NCBI GenBank assembly: GCA_964567835.1
Contig: CAZMOU010000002.1
Location: 13,804-68,273 of the forward strand
Direction of reading: 5' to 3'
Length of the DNA stretch: 54,470 bases
Source of the DNA: an uncultured Chitinophaga sp.
GTDB taxonomy: Bacteria; Planctomycetota; Planctomycetia; Pirellulales; UBA1268
The stretch's first letter is position 1, and every line of letters starts with the position of its first letter. The notes below the pieces were generated by a model. It did not search any database. It had not been told where the DNA came from and saw only the letters and a program-made list of their open reading frames with translations. Below are positions 51,208 through 54,470 of the stretch, piece by piece. Both the position numbers and the translations under genes were made by a program.

Positions 51208-52019
51208 CAGGGAGGGTCCCCGGAACGGATCGTGACCACCGGGATGCCGCCCCACTCGGCGGCGGTCCGGCTGAACGAGCTCCAGTACGAGCCGAGGATC
51301 AGCCGGGCCCGGGAGAGGATGAGCAGATCGACCAGCGCGTCGCGGATCCCGTCCGGCGTGTCGCGTCCCCGGGTCCTCGCGGCGGTGCGGATGCGGCCGG
51401 GGAACTCCCGCCGCAGCTCCGCCTCCACGCCGTCGTCGTCCGTGGCGAGGAAGAACAGGGTGTCGCGCTCCTCGAGCCGGCGGCGCATCTCCGCCACGAA
51501 GGCCCCGAGCGGACTGTGCCTGATGGCCTCCGCGTGGTCGGTGCGGCGCACGTGCACGCCCACGTACTCCCGGTCGAGGTTCGCGCTCTCCGCGTCGGCC
51601 CGGTCGCGGACGGCGTCGGCCGGGATGAAGTCGCGGAAGAAGGGGGCGGATCCGTGGAAACGGTGGACGGTGTTGAGGAGCACCCGCCGCCGCGAACGGA
51701 CGAGCCCCGCGACGGAGCCCGACCGCGCCGCCTCGACGATCTCCGGGTCGCCGAGGACGAGGTCGTAGTAGCCGGCTCGGATCCGCGCGGCGGTGACCGC
51801 CCGCCGGAGGAGGGCGCGAGGCCGGAGACGGATCCGGTCCAGGTCGTCGACGCGCACGGCGGGGATGTCGCGGAACAGCGTGCGGAACGGAGCGTTGCAT
51901 CCGCGGTTGAGATGCCAGTCGATCCGCACCGGCATCCCCGTCTCCCTCCCCAGCGCGATGGCGGAGGCGATCGATCGCATCCGGTTGCCGAGGCCGGCGG
52001 TGACGATGAGGTGGATCAT
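51207..52019 (-). CDS. Putative glycosyltransferase (fucosyltransferase-like motifs)
   Basis: MIHLIVTAGLGNRMRSIASAIAL (compare GGLGN of GT11-type enzymes), VGVHVRRTDH, DLLILSRARLILGSYWSSFS. The family call is tentative. Its stop overlaps the DUF2784 start (TGATG on the minus strand at 51205-51209). Confidence 0.5.
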   Translation of the reverse strand: MIHLIVTAGLGNRMRSIASAIALGRETGMPVRIDWHLNRGCNAPFRTLFRDIPAVRVDDLDRIRLRPRALLRRAVTAARIRAGYYDLVLGDPEIVEAARSGSVAGLVRSRRRVLLNTVHRFHGSAPFFRDFIPADAVRDRADAESANLDREYVGVHVRRTDHAEAIRHSPLGAFVAEMRRRLEERDTLFFLATDDDGVEAELRREFPGRIRTAARTRGRDTPDGIRDALVDLLILSRARLILGSYWSSFSRTAAEWGGIPVVTIRSGDPP

Positions 52020-52191
52020 GCGTTCGAAGCGTGGTGCGGGCGCCACGACCCGGGGAGCCGCTCCGCCGCGACCGTTATCGCCCCCCCGTGGGCCGCTGGC
52101 AACGCGCCGCCACCCGACCGCCGGGCCGCGGTCCCGCTCGGGTATCATGGCTGCTGCGGCGTCGTGCCGCGCGTTCCCTGGAGATCCGTCC

Positions 52192-54470
52192 ATGCCCCGC
52201 TCCGCTCCCCCCCGCCGCCTCCGCCTCGTCGGACTCCTGCTGGCCCTCGCCGTCGCCGGTGCCGCCGCCGCCGCGGCCGCCGACGCGCCGCTCCGCGTCC
52301 TCTTCCTGGGGGACCGCGGACACCACCGCCCCGCCGACCGCTTCGCCCAACTCCAGCCGGTGCTCGCCGACCGCGGCATCGATCTGGTGTGGACGGAGAA
52401 CGTCGCCGACCTGAACCGGGCGACCCTCGCCACCTACGACGCGCTGGCCGTCTACGCCAACATCGACGAGCTCCCCGCGGAGGCCGAGGGGGCGCTCGTC
52501 GAGTACGTCCGCGGCGGAAAGGGGCTCGTGCCGCTCCACTGCGCGAGTTACTGCTTCCGCAACTCCCCCGCCTGGGTGGACATGGTGGGGGCCCAGTTCC
52601 AGCGCCACGGCGCGGGCGAGTTCCGCACCACGATCCTCGTCCCCGACCATCCGGTCATGGCCGGTTTCCCCGGATTCGCCAGTTGGGACGAGACCTACGT
52701 CCACACGCACCACAACCCCCGTGGCCGCACCGTTCTCGAGGAGCGCGTGGAAGGGGATCACCACGAGCCGTGGACCTGGGTGCGCTCCGAGGGGAAGGGG
52801 CGCGTCTTCTACACCGCCTGGGGGCACGACGAGCGCACCTGGGCGCATCCCGGCTTCCAGGTCCTCGTGGAGCGCGGCATCCGCTGGGCCGCGGGGCGCG
52901 ATCCGGCGGTGTCGGCCCCCTACGTCGACCATCCGGCGATGAACACGCTCCCCGACGGTCTCGAGGCCTTCACGTTCCTGCCGGCGAAGGTGCCCGCCTA
53001 CGACGCCTCGAGCTCGAAGTGGGGGGCGCAGCTCGAGCCGAAGCAGGAGATGCAGGCACCGCTCGAGCCCCGTGAATCGCTGAAGCACGCGCTCGTGCCG
53101 GAGGGCTTCCACGTCGATCTGGTGGCCGCCGAGCCGGTGGTGGCGGCCAAGCCGCTGGCGATGGCCTTCGACCGGGACGGCCGGCTGTTCGTCGCCGAGA
53201 GCCTCGACTATCCCAACGAGCTCGTCCTGCCCGACGACGGCGCGGGGCACGACCGGATCGTGCGCCTCGACGACACCGATGGCGACGGCGTCGTCGACGC
53301 CCGGCACGTCGTCGCCGACGGGCTCTCGATCCCCACCTCGCTCCTCGCCCACGACGGGGGCTGGATCGTGGCCGCGGCCCCCTGCATCCTCGCCCTCGAC
53401 GACACCGACGGCGACGGCACCGCCGACGCGCGCCGCGTCCTCTTCCGGGGCTGGGGCACCGGCGACACCCATTCGGGGCCGAGCAACCTCACCTGGGGAT
53501 TCGACGGCTGGGTCTACGGGATGGTGGGCTACTCCGGATTCGACGGCGAGGTGGGGGGCGAGCGCGTGCGCTTCGGCGCGGGCTTCTTCCGCTTCCTCCC
53601 CGACGGCTCGAAGCTCGAGTTCCTCCGCAGTACCAACAACAACTCCTGGGGTTTCGGTTTCTCCGAGGAGGGGCTCGTCTTCGGCTCCACCGCCAACGGC
53701 AACCCCAGCGAGCACATGCCGCTCGCCAACCGGGTCTACGAACGCGTCCGCGGCTGGAGCGCCACCACGCTCGGCGGCATCGCCGGCAGCCCGCGCATGG
53801 AACTGGCCAAGCGCACCGACGGCAGCGACGCACCGATCCGGCAGGTCGACCACTTCGGAAAGTTCACCGCCGCCGCCGGGCACCGCCTCTACACCGCCCG
53901 GCAGTACCCGCGCGAGTACTGGAACAGGACGGCGTTCGTGTGCGAGCCCACCGGCCACATCGTCGCCACCTTCGAGCTCTCGCCGCGCGGGGCCGGCTTC
54001 TCATCGCGCATGGCCTGGGATCTCCTCGCCAGCGACGACGAATGGACGGCGCCGATCGCCGCCGAGGTCGGCCCCGACGGCCAGGTGTGGGTCATCGACT
54101 GGTACAACTACATCGTCCAGCACAATCCCACCCCGGCCGGCTTCGAGAACGGCAAGGGCAACGCCTACGAGACGCCGCTCCGCGACAAGTCGCACGGACG
54201 GATCCAGCGCGTCGTCCATGGCGAGAACGCCGCGTGGGCGCCGCGCGACCTGGGCGGCGCCTCCGACGCCGATCTCGTGGCGATGCTCTCCGATTCGAAC
54301 CTCTTCTGGCGGACGCGGGCCCAGCGGGCGCTCGTCGAGCGCGTGGCGGGGCTGTCCGGGGCCGCGCGGGCGGACTCGCTCGCCGCGGTGACGCCGCTGC
54401 TCCTGGACCTCGTCGGCCGCCGCGAGGTCGACACGATCGGCCTCGCCCCCGGCCCGATCCACGCCCTGTG
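52192..54470 (+). CDS. ThuA-like domain fused to PVC-type membrane-bound-dehydrogenase-like protein; 3' end runs off the window
   Basis: Own translation (frame open from ATG 52192 to the window end, so absent from the ORF track). Signal peptide MPRSAPPRRLRLVGLLLALAVAGAAAAAAA. ThuA pattern: LRVLFLGDRGHH...YDALAVYANID...YVRGGKGLVPLHCAS...AQFQRHG...PDHPVMAGFP...DETYVH...PWTWVRSEGKGRVFYTAWGHD. Then EGFHVDLVAAEPVVAAKPLAMAFDRDGRLFVAESLDYPN...DDTDGDGVVD...DDTDGDGTAD, as in the 7094-10318 paralog. Confidence 0.85.
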   Translation, partial: MPRSAPPRRLRLVGLLLALAVAGAAAAAAADAPLRVLFLGDRGHHRPADRFAQLQPVLADRGIDLVWTENVADLNRATLATYDALAVYANIDELPAEAEGALVEYVRGGKGLVPLHCASYCFRNSPAWVDMVGAQFQRHGAGEFRTTILVPDHPVMAGFPGFASWDETYVHTHHNPRGRTVLEERVEGDHHEPWTWVRSEGKGRVFYTAWGHDERTWAHPGFQVLVERGIRWAAGRDPAVSAPYVDHPAMNTLPDGLEAFTFLPAKVPAYDASSSKWGAQLEPKQEMQAPLEPRESLKHALVPEGFHVDLVAAEPVVAAKPLAMAFDRDGRLFVAESLDYPNELVLPDDGAGHDRIVRLDDTDGDGVVDARHVVADGLSIPTSLLAHDGGWIVAAAPCILALDDTDGDGTADARRVLFRGWGTGDTHSGPSNLTWGFDGWVYGMVGYSGFDGEVGGERVRFGAGFFRFLPDGSKLEFLRSTNNNSWGFGFSEEGLVFGSTANGNPSEHMPLANRVYERVRGWSATTLGGIAGSPRMELAKRTDGSDAPIRQVDHFGKFTAAAGHRLYTARQYPREYWNRTAFVCEPTGHIVATFELSPRGAGFSSRMAWDLLASDDEWTAPIAAEVGPDGQVWVIDWYNYIVQHNPTPAGFENGKGNAYETPLRDKSHGRIQRVVHGENAAWAPRDLGGASDADLVAMLSDSNLFWRTRAQRALVERVAGLSGAARADSLAAVTPLLLDLVGRREVDTIGLAPGPIHAL

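Noticed and set aside
52075-53958. 627-aa minus-strand ORF and 370-aa plus-strand ORF (53279-54391)
   Set aside because: They are shadow or alternative-frame ORFs of the open-ended ThuA/dehydrogenase gene starting at 52192.

Overview
Very GC-rich (about 70% by eye) chromosomal segment whose gene content points to a Planctomycetota (Pirellulales-like) genome. It carries six DUF1559 pilin-like paralogs, DUF1501, DUF1080, PEP-CTERM proteins, an SHD1 protein and two PVC-type CxxCH dehydrogenases. I support about 44 protein-coding genes or pseudogenes. I found no rRNA, tRNA, CRISPR array, transposase or integrase. The housekeeping core is dnaN - DUF721 (DciA-like) - gyrB (minus strand, 23.2-27.3 kb), with no dnaA or recF, plus pgk and a class II ribonucleotide reductase (nrdJ). 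The points I consider most worth follow-up are listed here. (1) A six-gene sugar cluster sits 16 bp downstream of gyrB and reads as an L-galactose/L-fucose to D-tagaturonate to D-fructuronate route. (2) A two-gene cassette (DUF1559 pilin-like protein plus small lipoprotein) recurs, once inside a tight operon ending in a Tat-exported PhoD, and two tandem paralogs share a 100-bp perfect repeat. (3) The 700-bp non-coding region upstream of dnaN has a 46% GC purine tract and could be the origin. (4) A decay zone at 45.5-49.1 kb holds a PIN-PhoH2 gene that has lost its P-loop and a frameshifted mini-DUF1559. (5) A textbook intrinsic terminator has no gene in front of it. (6) There are candidate operators for a Fur-family regulator and for NrdR. 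Many long ORFs in the track are antisense or alternative-frame artefacts of the high GC content and were rejected. All family assignments come from motif recognition by eye, not from database searches.
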